This document shows positions 47,892 to 57,234 of a stretch of DNA of 64,000 nt, one piece after another. The translations under genes and the position numbers were made by a program. The notes below the pieces were generated by a model. The model was not told where the DNA came from, did not search any database, and worked only from the letters and a program-made list of their open reading frames with translations. The stretch is from Leptonemataceae bacterium (GTDB lineage: Bacteria > Spirochaetota > Leptospiria > Leptospirales > Leptonemataceae): contig OZ245742.1 in NCBI GenBank assembly GCA_965227295.1, positions 2,080,001 through 2,144,000 on the forward strand, given 5' to 3'. The stretch's first letter is position 1; each line of letters begins with the position of its first letter.

Positions 47892-50026
47892 GCGATCCGC
47901 ACAAGAATCGATTCTCCCTCGAAGGTGACGCCTACGATCCGGCCGACGCCCCGGCCTTCGAAAGCAGCGGCCCGGTCTACCTGGACGAACCGGATCCGCG
48001 GCACCGGCGCAACATGCGCTATCGCCTGGCCTTAATCGCCGGTATTCTGATGTTAGTGCTCGTCGCCGGAACGGCGGTGTGGTACTTCGCGTTCTACCAG
48101 CCCGGGGCGGGCGAAACCGCCGGGACGGACCAGGAGTTCGAGCGGGTCGGCGAGACACTGCGGGATCGCTACTATCTGCCGAACATCGCGGACATCAGCC
48201 CGGAGCTGGCCCGGGCCATCGAACTCTATCGCAACCATGAGCGGGACGCGGCGAAGCGGGCCTTCGAAAAGTTCGTCGGCGGCGAGGCCGCGGATCGCGA
48301 GAAGGCCATTGCGCTGAACTACCTGGGCATCATGGCCCTCGAAACCGAACGCTACACCCAGGCGAAGCAGCATTTCTTCCGCGCGTTTAAGTTCGACCCG
48401 GAGTCCGTGGCGGCCCTGGTGAATCTGGCCAACGTAGAACGCCGCCTCGGCAACGCCTCGGCCGCTAAAGATTACGCACAGAAAGCTAAGGAACTGGCCC
48501 CCCGGGACCGCGACGTGGCGTTGTTGCTCGGGAATATTCTCAATGAAGGCCAGGACCCGGACGCGGCCATCGAGTCGTACCAGGAAGGCCTGGAGCAATC
48601 TCCGAACGATCCGCTGTTGCTCTACAACACCGCGCTGTCTTTGTTGCGCCAGGAAAAGTACGAAGAGGCATTGCTCTACTTCGCCCGCGCGGCGCGTTCC
48701 GCGGAGGCCGGCAGCATCGCCGTGCAATCGTACGCGCACATGGGGCAGATCTATTTCAAACAAAACAACCTGGAGATGGCGGCGGATCATCTGCGCAAGG
48801 CCGTGTCGCTGGCCCCGGACAACGGCAAAAACCGCTACAACCTGGGCGTCGTGTATCTGCGCATGAACCGCAACAGCGAGGCCCTGGGCACGTTCGAGGC
48901 GGCCCTGGAAAGCGGCGCGAACGATACGGCGGTCTACCGCGCCCTGGCCCGGGCCTTCCAGAAACTCGACCAACCGTCCATGGCCATTCGTTCTCTCGAA
49001 AAGAGCCTCTACTTAAAAGCGGACGACCTCGATACCCTCTTTCAACTCGGCGATCTCTACTATAGAGAACGCGATCTGCTGAACGCCGCGCGCGTATTTC
49101 GCCGCATCGCAAACATAACCCCGGCGGATCGCAACGGCGTGGACGCGATGCTGAAACTCGCCGCGGTGTATACGGACCTCGAACAGTACAACGACGCCGT
49201 GGAAGTCCTGGAACGCGCGGCCGGGTACGAACCGTCGAATCCGCAGATCTACTACACGCTCGGTGTCGTCTACGAACGCGCCGGTCGTCCGGACCTGGCC
49301 GTTCGTCACTGGCGCACGGCCCTGGAATCTCGCGGGAGCGACGGCAAACCCGCCCTCGAACGCGAGGACGAGCGCCGCATTCGTTTCGCCATCGCCGAGA
49401 CCCATCGCCGGGAGGGCGCCTACGAACTGGCGCTGCGCGAGTACCGCCGCGTGCAGGAACGCAACACCGAAGCGCCGCGAGTGCTCGTGGATCCGGAACT
49501 GGATATGGCGATCGGCCGTACCTACATGGCGCTCAAGGATTACTCCCAGGCCATCGCCTCGTTGGAGAAGGTCGCGCAATCTTTGACCGGCGGCGGGGAC
49601 ATCCCGGTGGAGCGGGGTGATCGGGCGCTTATGCTAAAAGACGCTCATCTGAACTTAGCGCAGGCCTACAGCCGCCGGGATCGAGACGGGGATCAGGACC
49701 AGGCGCGCTCCCACGCGAACCGCGCCGTGCGCATGGATGCCACGGACCAGGACGCGCGCATCCTGCAGGCCTTCGTATTAATGAAACAAAACACCATGGC
49801 CGATCGCGAAAAGGCCATCGAGATTCTCAAGAGCGCCGTCCGTTCCGACGTGGACGCGCGCACGGCCTCCCGGGCGCACAATCTCCTGGGCATGGCCTAC
49901 ATGGAAAACGGCGAATACGGCCGAGCGCTGAGTTCGTTCGACCAGGCGGTGCGATTGGATCCGGGGAATTCCGAGGCCGTGCAAAACCGCCGGGCCGCGG
50001 CGAATGCGTACGAGAACGAGCTGTAG
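47888..50026 (+). CDS. Membrane-anchored TPR protein
   Basis: One TM then many TPR units (YNLGVVY, HNLLGMAY). Confidence 0.9.
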   Translation: MSDPHKNRFSLEGDAYDPADAPAFESSGPVYLDEPDPRHRRNMRYRLALIAGILMLVLVAGTAVWYFAFYQPGAGETAGTDQEFERVGETLRDRYYLPNIADISPELARAIELYRNHERDAAKRAFEKFVGGEAADREKAIALNYLGIMALETERYTQAKQHFFRAFKFDPESVAALVNLANVERRLGNASAAKDYAQKAKELAPRDRDVALLLGNILNEGQDPDAAIESYQEGLEQSPNDPLLLYNTALSLLRQEKYEEALLYFARAARSAEAGSIAVQSYAHMGQIYFKQNNLEMAADHLRKAVSLAPDNGKNRYNLGVVYLRMNRNSEALGTFEAALESGANDTAVYRALARAFQKLDQPSMAIRSLEKSLYLKADDLDTLFQLGDLYYRERDLLNAARVFRRIANITPADRNGVDAMLKLAAVYTDLEQYNDAVEVLERAAGYEPSNPQIYYTLGVVYERAGRPDLAVRHWRTALESRGSDGKPALEREDERRIRFAIAETHRREGAYELALREYRRVQERNTEAPRVLVDPELDMAIGRTYMALKDYSQAIASLEKVAQSLTGGGDIPVERGDRALMLKDAHLNLAQAYSRRDRDGDQDQARSHANRAVRMDATDQDARILQAFVLMKQNTMADREKAIEILKSAVRSDVDARTASRAHNLLGMAYMENGEYGRALSSFDQAVRLDPGNSEAVQNRRAAANAYENEL

Positions 50027-50028
50027 AC

Positions 50029-51906
50029 ATGCAAGTGATGATTCCGTGGAAACGTATAAAGGCCTGCTTTGCCTGTCCGGGAAATCTTCTCGGTATTTTC
50101 CTCTGCTTACAGTTTTGCGGCGATTCCACGCCGAAAGAGCTGTATCTCAAGAAATCCGACGACGGATCCTTTCAGGAGGACCTTCCGGCAGGTACTCGTT
50201 CGTTTTCGGTCGGCTACGACGGTCAGGCTATGTGGATGGCGGATGTGGACGGCAACGGACGAGCAGATCTGCTGTACAGCGCGGCCGATTCGAAGGATTA
50301 TCGAGTCCTTCTGGCGAGTCAAAATTTCCCGTATGGGGATGGTGTGTTCCAGCAGGATAAGCTCGCCGGCACCATCGGCGGCAAAATATCCCGCAGCGGA
50401 GATATGCAATGGATTGCCGATGTGAACGGGGATGCCAGGGCCGATCTGATGTATATTCGCGAAAACACCACTACGTTTTATCTGCTCGCCGGCACATCGG
50501 ATGGGACGTTTGCGCCGGAGCAGAAAGCCGGCTCCGCCTCCGCTACCATGACCGATAGGACCTGGATGGCCGACGTAACGGGCGACGGTCGGGCGGATGC
50601 CGTTTATCAAAAGAAGGACAGCGCCGAGTATCGAGTCCTGGTCGCCCGGGAGGATGGAACCCTTTGGACCGATGTAAAAGGCTCCGACCGGGCCCACGAT
50701 GTCGGCCGCCGAGGGAAGAACGGTCAGTGGTTGGCGGATGTGACCGGTGACGGCAAAGCGGACCTCGTATACGTTGGAAAAGACAACAAGACAATCTACG
50801 TAAAGCCAGCCGTCGGAGATCAGGGGAGCTTCGGAGCCGATATCGAGGCAGGATCGACGGTGTACGAAATCAGCAATACCCTGGTGTACCTTCGTGATGT
50901 TTCCGGTGACGGCCGGGCCGATATCGTCTACAACAAGAAAGACATGGCGGAACTCAGAGTCTTGACGGCGAGATCGAATTGGGCGAACGATTCGAAGTTC
51001 AGTCTGTTTCAGTCGGATCAGCTCTGGGGGGAGCGCGAATATGGAGTTGCAGGTGGATACCTCGGTCAGAGTATCGAAGACTTGGACGGAGACGGTCGGG
51101 CCGATCTGATCTACAACAAAAAGGACTCCACGGAATACTTCGTAGCGTTGAGCATCGGCGACTCTTTCAAGCTGAATCAATATTGGGGCCGTCGCGTCGA
51201 GGCCGTGGCTGCGGACGGACGGATGGCGTACCTGGCCGACGTTGACGGCGACGGCCTGGCCGACCTCGTTTACAACGAAAAAAATAACAATGACATTCGG
51301 GTGTTGCTCTCGTTTCGTCCCGCTCAAAGAAGTACATTCATTCGCCATCTCGATGTCTGGGGAGAGGGGTACATAGCCGATCATCACTACAGCCCTCTTC
51401 TCGTCACTGGATTTCAGGATTCTTTGAACCTGAACCATAAAGAGCAGCGCGTTTCCAACGGACCGAACGCAGGTAGTAATGTTCCGCGCCTTGTCGCTGT
51501 GAAAAGCTATGAGGTTGCGAAGTTTCCTGTGGAGGACGGCTCGGTTCGTTTCATGACGTGTATGGGAGCAGGGATTAAGCAAAGTGTCGCCGGGGCCATG
51601 CTGCGGGCACTGGACAAAGACAGAGGTTACCTCTTGCTGTTCGGATATGACAAGGACGATCCGAATCTTGAGAACGTTCGTCGTGTCTTTGTGCAAGATC
51701 ACGGCTTCAAAGAGGACGATGTAACCGGGAAAGTCGGGTATCCTTTCAATACGATCGGCCTCACGCCGGTTCGTGCGTTTCATCTTTACCGGGTTCGCAC
51801 GAGCGAGCTACAGATCGGGAAGGGAGGGCATGTCGGTGGAGCCGCGTTGATCGGTGACTGGAATAACCAGGATGCCGGGGGGACCCTGGAAAAGGATGAA
51901 CTCTGA
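50029..51906 (+). CDS. FG-GAP/VCBS-repeat lipoprotein with toxin-like C-terminal domain, ends KDEL
   Basis: Seven ADVxGDGxADxxY-type repeats; LQFCG possible lipobox; LDVWGEG..NLN..FP..D domain. Confidence 0.8.
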   Translation: MQVMIPWKRIKACFACPGNLLGIFLCLQFCGDSTPKELYLKKSDDGSFQEDLPAGTRSFSVGYDGQAMWMADVDGNGRADLLYSAADSKDYRVLLASQNFPYGDGVFQQDKLAGTIGGKISRSGDMQWIADVNGDARADLMYIRENTTTFYLLAGTSDGTFAPEQKAGSASATMTDRTWMADVTGDGRADAVYQKKDSAEYRVLVAREDGTLWTDVKGSDRAHDVGRRGKNGQWLADVTGDGKADLVYVGKDNKTIYVKPAVGDQGSFGADIEAGSTVYEISNTLVYLRDVSGDGRADIVYNKKDMAELRVLTARSNWANDSKFSLFQSDQLWGEREYGVAGGYLGQSIEDLDGDGRADLIYNKKDSTEYFVALSIGDSFKLNQYWGRRVEAVAADGRMAYLADVDGDGLADLVYNEKNNNDIRVLLSFRPAQRSTFIRHLDVWGEGYIADHHYSPLLVTGFQDSLNLNHKEQRVSNGPNAGSNVPRLVAVKSYEVAKFPVEDGSVRFMTCMGAGIKQSVAGAMLRALDKDRGYLLLFGYDKDDPNLENVRRVFVQDHGFKEDDVTGKVGYPFNTIGLTPVRAFHLYRVRTSELQIGKGGHVGGAALIGDWNNQDAGGTLEKDEL

Positions 51907-51985
51907 AGACATCCGGCTCTGAATAACACTGGACAGCCGTTCAGAGCCGTCGGATTCATTCCCGACGACTGGAGCCGGAATACAG

Positions 51986-53338
51986 ATGCCCGCCCGCGGA
52001 AAGATCCAACTCATCGCCATCATCCTGGTCGCGATGCTCACACTCCCGCACAGCACCACTCCCGTGCAAACTCGCGAGGCGGCCCTCGAGGAACTCCGCG
52101 CCGAGTTTGCGGCGGGCGGGGAGCGGCGGCGGCGGGCCATCTGGTACGTGCACCAGAACGGCCTGCACGAACTTCTGCCCGAGGCCGCGGCGTACCTCTT
52201 CAACAGCGACGAGGTGGCGGACCACCGCGCGGTGTTGCGCGTGCTGCACGCGTACGACGAGGAACTGGAGTTTCACTTACCGAACTGGTACGTCTTGCTC
52301 GATCGTTACATCAGCGTGGATCGCGATGACGAGGTGTTGATCCAGTGCATCGATCTGACCGTGGAGTGGGAGGAGAGTCGTCTGGTGCACGCCGTGGCCC
52401 GACTGTCCCGCCATCCCTGGAGCAAGGTTCGCCTCGCGGCCTTCGAGGCCCTCTCGAAACTCTCGAACGATATGCTGATTCCCGTGCTCGTGCGTCTCAT
52501 GCAGGCGGAGCGACCGGTGTATCGCATGTACGGCCTGGAGGGTATGCTAAGGTACGGTGACAAGCGATTAGGACCGTTCATGATCGATTCGCTCAGCGAT
52601 CCGGCGAAGTCCGTGCGTTTGTATACGGTGACCGCCTGGCCCGGTCAGCCGGGGGCCGAGGAATCGTCGCATCATCTGGCGCGGCAGTACCATCGCGAAG
52701 AAGACGGCGAGGTTCGGCAGCGCATCATCGAAGTCGTCACCGCGCGGAACTGGCGCCGGCACATGAGCCTGGTGCATCGAGCCATCGGCGACGATATCTC
52801 GCTGGTGCGCTTGGCCGGTGTGGAAGCGGCGCTCTCGTTTCACGATCGCGGTGCGGCGACGTATCTCTCCCGGCAGCTCGCGAAAGAAGATCGCCGGGAC
52901 CTGAAGCTCATCATGACCGACGCGTTGATGGAACTCGAACACAGCGGCGGCGGAGCCGGCCTGCGCCATCTGCTCGAAAACGATTCCGACTCCGAGGTCC
53001 GTCAGCGTGCGGCCCTGGCCCTGGGTTACTTGAAAGATCGGGGATCGGTCTACACGCTTTCCGGTGCCCTCCGCGACGATCGTACGGCCGAGGTCCGCAT
53101 GCAGGCGGCGGCCTCCCTGGGGCGCCTGGGCGACAACCGTGCCGTGGACAGCCTGGCCGAGACGATCCGCAAGAACGAAGAATCCTACGAGGTCCGGAGC
53201 GCGGCGAGCCTGGCCCTGGCCCGGATCGGCAGCCGGGACAGTCTCCGCACCCTGGACGACCTGGCGGTGGAGCTGGAGAATCAGGGCTCCCCATTCGCCC
53301 GGCACATTCAACAACTGCTCGCCCGTCTCCGAAACTAA
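51986..53338 (+). CDS. HEAT-repeat protein
   Basis: Repeated VRxxAAxALG units. Confidence 0.88.
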   Translation: MPARGKIQLIAIILVAMLTLPHSTTPVQTREAALEELRAEFAAGGERRRRAIWYVHQNGLHELLPEAAAYLFNSDEVADHRAVLRVLHAYDEELEFHLPNWYVLLDRYISVDRDDEVLIQCIDLTVEWEESRLVHAVARLSRHPWSKVRLAAFEALSKLSNDMLIPVLVRLMQAERPVYRMYGLEGMLRYGDKRLGPFMIDSLSDPAKSVRLYTVTAWPGQPGAEESSHHLARQYHREEDGEVRQRIIEVVTARNWRRHMSLVHRAIGDDISLVRLAGVEAALSFHDRGAATYLSRQLAKEDRRDLKLIMTDALMELEHSGGGAGLRHLLENDSDSEVRQRAALALGYLKDRGSVYTLSGALRDDRTAEVRMQAAASLGRLGDNRAVDSLAETIRKNEESYEVRSAASLALARIGSRDSLRTLDDLAVELENQGSPFARHIQQLLARLRN

Positions 53339-53365
53339 TACATACTCCCTCTAATCCTCTGTTCA

Positions 53366-53498
53366 CTCCGAGGACCGAGGTGGCGAGGGGAATCAGGAGA
53401 AGATTTTTTATTAAGCGATCTTGCCTCCGCTTGCTTTCGTAGTGTGCAGGCGTGCCGGCTCTCCTCCCCGAATCACCTCGGCCCCTCGATCCTCGGAG
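53366..53498. mobile_element. MITE-like element copy D
   Basis: CTCCGAGGACCGAGG ... CCTCGATCCTCGGAG; core TTCGTAGTGTGCA.GCGTGC shared with copy C. Confidence 0.7.
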
Positions 53499-53514
53499 TT
53501 GAAAATCCTCGATC

Positions 53515-54810
53515 ATGAGCGATTCCAAAGAGAAACAGAAGTACACGAACCCCGAGGAATTCCGCGAGCGGAAGTCCGGGGATGAGTTGGGCGATCTCCT
53601 TGCTCCCGCGGCCCAGGGCTCCGGCCTTGACGATGAGTTCGCCGAGATCATGGCCTCCGTCGGCGAGGATACCGTCGATCTCACCGACGACATTGACGCG
53701 CGCTACGGCGATTCCGGGGCAGCGCCGGCCGCTGCTGGTGAGGCCCTGGATGTCGCCGATGACGGCCTGGTGGACGCCGACGGCGTGCTCCAGATCGATT
53801 TGCCCGATGAACCGCCCGTGGAAGTCCCGGAGACGGCCGAAACCGAGCCGGCCCCGGCCGGCGAAGAAGCGGCCGCCGGGGCCGCAGAGACTGCTACTAC
53901 TTTAGAAGAAACTCCATCCCCTGGCCCGGACGGCGAATCCGAAGGAAGCGATACGCCCACCGTCGGCCGTCGTCGGCGTCGCCGCCGGGACCCGTTCCGG
54001 GACATGGGACCGGTCTCGTCCTCCGCCGCAAGCATGGGACCGCGGGACCTGCTGAGCCTTTCCGAACTCAAACAGATCAAACGTGCGCGCGTTCGCCACG
54101 AGGGTCACCGGGTCGTTACCGACGACGTCAAGAAGCTCAAGTCACTTTCGATTCAGCCGCACCTGCCGCCGGGTGAGTACCTCAACTACTACGTCGAACC
54201 CGTGCGCATTGAGTACTACATTCCGAAAGAATCACGCTTCGCCGTGGAGACGCGCTATCTCTACATTCCACTCGTCGATCCGGAGCCGCGGTCGGACCTC
54301 GACGATCGCATTCTGAAACCGCACATGGAACAGAACCGCTTCGTGGACCTGATCGATCTCATGAACGAGCATCCGGTTTACATTACGGACATCCTGGAAT
54401 CGTACAACACGACCATGGGCCTCTACGAATCTCTGTCCCGGGCGATCATGGAAGCCGATGAGGGCGACAACGAGGCCTACCGCCGGGCTTTTTACTTATG
54501 CGAAGTGCTTTCGGAGTACGAGCCCACCATCGCGGCGCTGAACTTCCTGGGCGAGTTTATGTCCTGGAACCTCAACTGGTTGATCCGCGCCATGAACGTT
54601 CTGGGCATGGAGTTCGCGGCCTCGGATAAGACGATTTCGTACTTGATTAAGCGGCGGAACATCTACTGGGAAGAGAACGGCCTCGACTACGACGAGCGTT
54701 TTGAGATACTGGCCGCGTTGTTCTACGAACAGGCCTTTCCCAACCGCGGCCTGGAAGAAATCGAAGAAGATTACTTCTACGACATTTTCGATAAAAAATT
54801 TGAAGTCTGA
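53515..54810 (+). CDS. Hypothetical protein with acidic disordered N-terminus
   Basis: Long ORF, host codon usage, operon position. Confidence 0.75.
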   Translation: MSDSKEKQKYTNPEEFRERKSGDELGDLLAPAAQGSGLDDEFAEIMASVGEDTVDLTDDIDARYGDSGAAPAAAGEALDVADDGLVDADGVLQIDLPDEPPVEVPETAETEPAPAGEEAAAGAAETATTLEETPSPGPDGESEGSDTPTVGRRRRRRRDPFRDMGPVSSSAASMGPRDLLSLSELKQIKRARVRHEGHRVVTDDVKKLKSLSIQPHLPPGEYLNYYVEPVRIEYYIPKESRFAVETRYLYIPLVDPEPRSDLDDRILKPHMEQNRFVDLIDLMNEHPVYITDILESYNTTMGLYESLSRAIMEADEGDNEAYRRAFYLCEVLSEYEPTIAALNFLGEFMSWNLNWLIRAMNVLGMEFAASDKTISYLIKRRNIYWEENGLDYDERFEILAALFYEQAFPNRGLEEIEEDYFYDIFDKKFEV

Positions 54811-56221
54811 TTTTACCCAGATCTTTTTCGCGCGACCGCCGGTGGCCGGTCGGGTCAAGACGCGCCTGGCGGAGTACCTGGGCAAAGACCGCGCCTGCGA
54901 TCTTTACATCGAGCTGCTGCGGCGTTCGGTCTACGCCTTCGCCGCCGCCGAAGTCGATATGGTCGTCTACTCTTCCGAAGAAGACGATCGCAAACAGTTA
55001 GCAAAAACTATTCAGGCTGCCCTGCCGGAAAGGTATCCCTCTCCGCCGTCCGTGCGACTGCAGTCCGGCGCGGACCTCGGCGAACGCATGGCCCGGGCGC
55101 TGCGCGAAACCGCCGCGCGCAATACGAAACTCGAAAACGCCCCGGATCGTCTGCTGCTCGCGGGCACGGACATTCCCGCCTATCAACCGGAGTCGGCGCG
55201 GCAGGCCGCGAAGCTGCTGGAAAGTTACGACGCGGTCCTCGGGCCCGCGAGCGACGGCGGGTACTATATGATCGGTCTGCGCGCCGAACACGCACAGAAT
55301 GCCGAGCTGATGCACCAGGTCTTCGCGAAGATTCCCTGGTCCACGGACCGCGTCTTCGAGATCCAGCGCAAACGTTTGCGCAACGCCGGTTTGTCCGTGG
55401 CCGAGGCGCCGCTGCTGGATGACCTGGACACCTTCGACGATCTGTTGCAACTGAGCGAACGCTACGCCTTCGAGTTCCTGCGCGGGTTTCTACCCGACGT
55501 GCGCGTGATTCTGCCGATCTGGAACGAGGCGGACAACTTAAAGTTCGTGTTGCGTCCGCTGTTCGCCTCTAAGTTCTTTCGAGAAATCATTTGCGCCGAC
55601 AACGGCAGCGACGACGGCTCCCGCAAACTCGCCGCCGACCTGGGCGCGCGGGTTACGTTATGCGAGGAGCGCGGCTACGGGGCGACGTGTCTCACGGCCC
55701 TCGACGACATCCGCGAGCGTGGCGGCTGCGACGTGGTGCTCTTCATGGACGGCGACGGCGCCGACGACCCCGCGTCCATTCCGCAAATGCTTGCGCCGGT
55801 AACTTCCGGCCGTTTTGACTTAGTCCTGGGCGCCCGCAACCCGGACCTGGCCGCCCCCGGTTCGCTGCTGCCGCACCAACGTTTCGGCAACTGGCTCATT
55901 ACGCGAATCATCGCGTTTTTGTGGAAGCACGAGTATGCCGACCTGGGGCCGTTTCGCGCCGTGCGCTGGGAGGCGCTGGAAGCGATGGAGATGGACGATC
56001 GCAACTACGGCTGGACGGTGCAAATGCAAACGCGCGCTCTCGACCTGGGGTTGCGTGTGTTGGAGATGCCGGTGCCGTACCGGAAGCGTCACGCCGGGAA
56101 GAGCAAGGTCACCGCAACGATTCGCGGCTCGTACCTGGCGGGGAAGATTATCTTTCGGACGATCTTTCGGGAGTGGCGGCGGCGCAGGGAGAAGACGGGT
56201 TCACAGGGGGATGGGAAGTAG
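54800..56221 (+). CDS. Fusion of DUF2064/TIGR04282-type transferase and GT2 glycosyltransferase
   Basis: FARPP..GRVKTRLA, QSGADLGERM, GTDIP, LGPASDGGYY; then DNGSDD, DGDGADDP, DLGPFRA, YGWTVQMQ; start likely TTG 54800. Confidence 0.85.
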   Translation: MKSDFTQIFFARPPVAGRVKTRLAEYLGKDRACDLYIELLRRSVYAFAAAEVDMVVYSSEEDDRKQLAKTIQAALPERYPSPPSVRLQSGADLGERMARALRETAARNTKLENAPDRLLLAGTDIPAYQPESARQAAKLLESYDAVLGPASDGGYYMIGLRAEHAQNAELMHQVFAKIPWSTDRVFEIQRKRLRNAGLSVAEAPLLDDLDTFDDLLQLSERYAFEFLRGFLPDVRVILPIWNEADNLKFVLRPLFASKFFREIICADNGSDDGSRKLAADLGARVTLCEERGYGATCLTALDDIRERGGCDVVLFMDGDGADDPASIPQMLAPVTSGRFDLVLGARNPDLAAPGSLLPHQRFGNWLITRIIAFLWKHEYADLGPFRAVRWEALEAMEMDDRNYGWTVQMQTRALDLGLRVLEMPVPYRKRHAGKSKVTATIRGSYLAGKIIFRTIFREWRRRREKTGSQGDGK

Positions 56222-56330
56222 AGAGGGGAATTTCGACTCGATCGATAAGGGAATCTACGATACGCCCCGCTGCGGCAGGATTTTCCTTCGCGATGTAGTA
56301 ATATATGATCTGCAACCAGCTCTCAGTATA
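56222..56330 (-). pseudogene. RelE/ParE toxin N-terminal remnant
   Basis: IIYYYIAKENPAAAGRIVDSLIDRVE resembles the ParE YIA.DNP.AA pattern; truncated. Confidence 0.55.
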
Positions 56331-56399
56331 CCATTTCCGCCCATCTTCGCCCGGCGTTTCCATGAATCTGATCGAAGATGTTAACACATGATAAATCCT

Positions 56400-56516
56400 T
56401 TGGGCGTTCCCCTTCGCGCTTCGCGCTCCGGGTCGCGCTCCTCCGGGCTCGCTATTCGCTCGGCCTCGCCTGCGGCGAGTCGGCCGCTACGCGGCCCCCT
56501 GCGGATCGCTAACGCA
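56400..56516. repeat. Structured REP-like intergenic element
   Basis: GGGCGTT..CGCGCTTCGCG..CTCGCCTGCGGCGAG..GGCCGCTACGCGGCC..CTAACGC hairpin series. Confidence 0.55.
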
Positions 56517-56811
56517 AGAGTCGATTTTCGCCCACCCCTCCCATCCTCCCTCGCTCCTATAGAAATCTTTTTCCTTGCAGTCCATCCCCGAGGCACTACC
56601 CTACGGTCGAGGCCCCGCCATGACCAAAGAGCAATCATCAACCACGGAAACCACTCCCGAGCCGCACAACCCGGCTCCCGTGGAGTCCCAGGCCGGCGTC
56701 GTTCTTCCCATCGAACTCGACGTCCACGACGAATCAAAAAAGTAGCACCTGGCTGATCGCAGCCAGACAATCACACTAACATCCAATCATCGACATCTAA
56801 CTAAGCTCACC

Positions 56812-57225
56812 ATGTCCGGCGAACTCGAACAACTGCAACCCACGTCCCCCGATAACGAGGACCTCCGCGAATTTTACATCACACCGCTGTATCTCGAAAC
56901 CATGCGCGATCGCGTTCGCGACTGGGACGATGAGTTCATCCAGCACCAGTACCGCCTCTTTCATAAAACCATCCGCGATTATCCCGAGGTCCTGGAGTTG
57001 CTCGAAGGCGAACTGCACCGCCGCCATCTCAATCGATTGCGCAAGAGCATCCGCGGGCGGCCGGAGATGGAACTGCGCGAACTCATGAAACGCAATGCCC
57101 GCGAGCCGGACTACGTCGAGGTCATTCAAACGGAACTGGAAATTCGCCAGGGCGTCGCGCGATTAAGCGATGCGTCCGAGAACAACGGCAACAGCAGTGG
57201 CGCGCGCATCGTCGGAGAAGACTGA
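56812..57225 (+). CDS. Hypothetical protein
   Basis: Clean ORF, host codon usage, coupled to next gene. Confidence 0.7.
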   Translation: MSGELEQLQPTSPDNEDLREFYITPLYLETMRDRVRDWDDEFIQHQYRLFHKTIRDYPEVLELLEGELHRRHLNRLRKSIRGRPEMELRELMKRNAREPDYVEVIQTELEIRQGVARLSDASENNGNSSGARIVGED

Positions 57226-57234
57226 ACCCGGCGC

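Noticed and set aside
50107..51783. 558-aa antisense ORF
   Set aside because: Shadow of the FG-GAP gene, which carries the clear repeats
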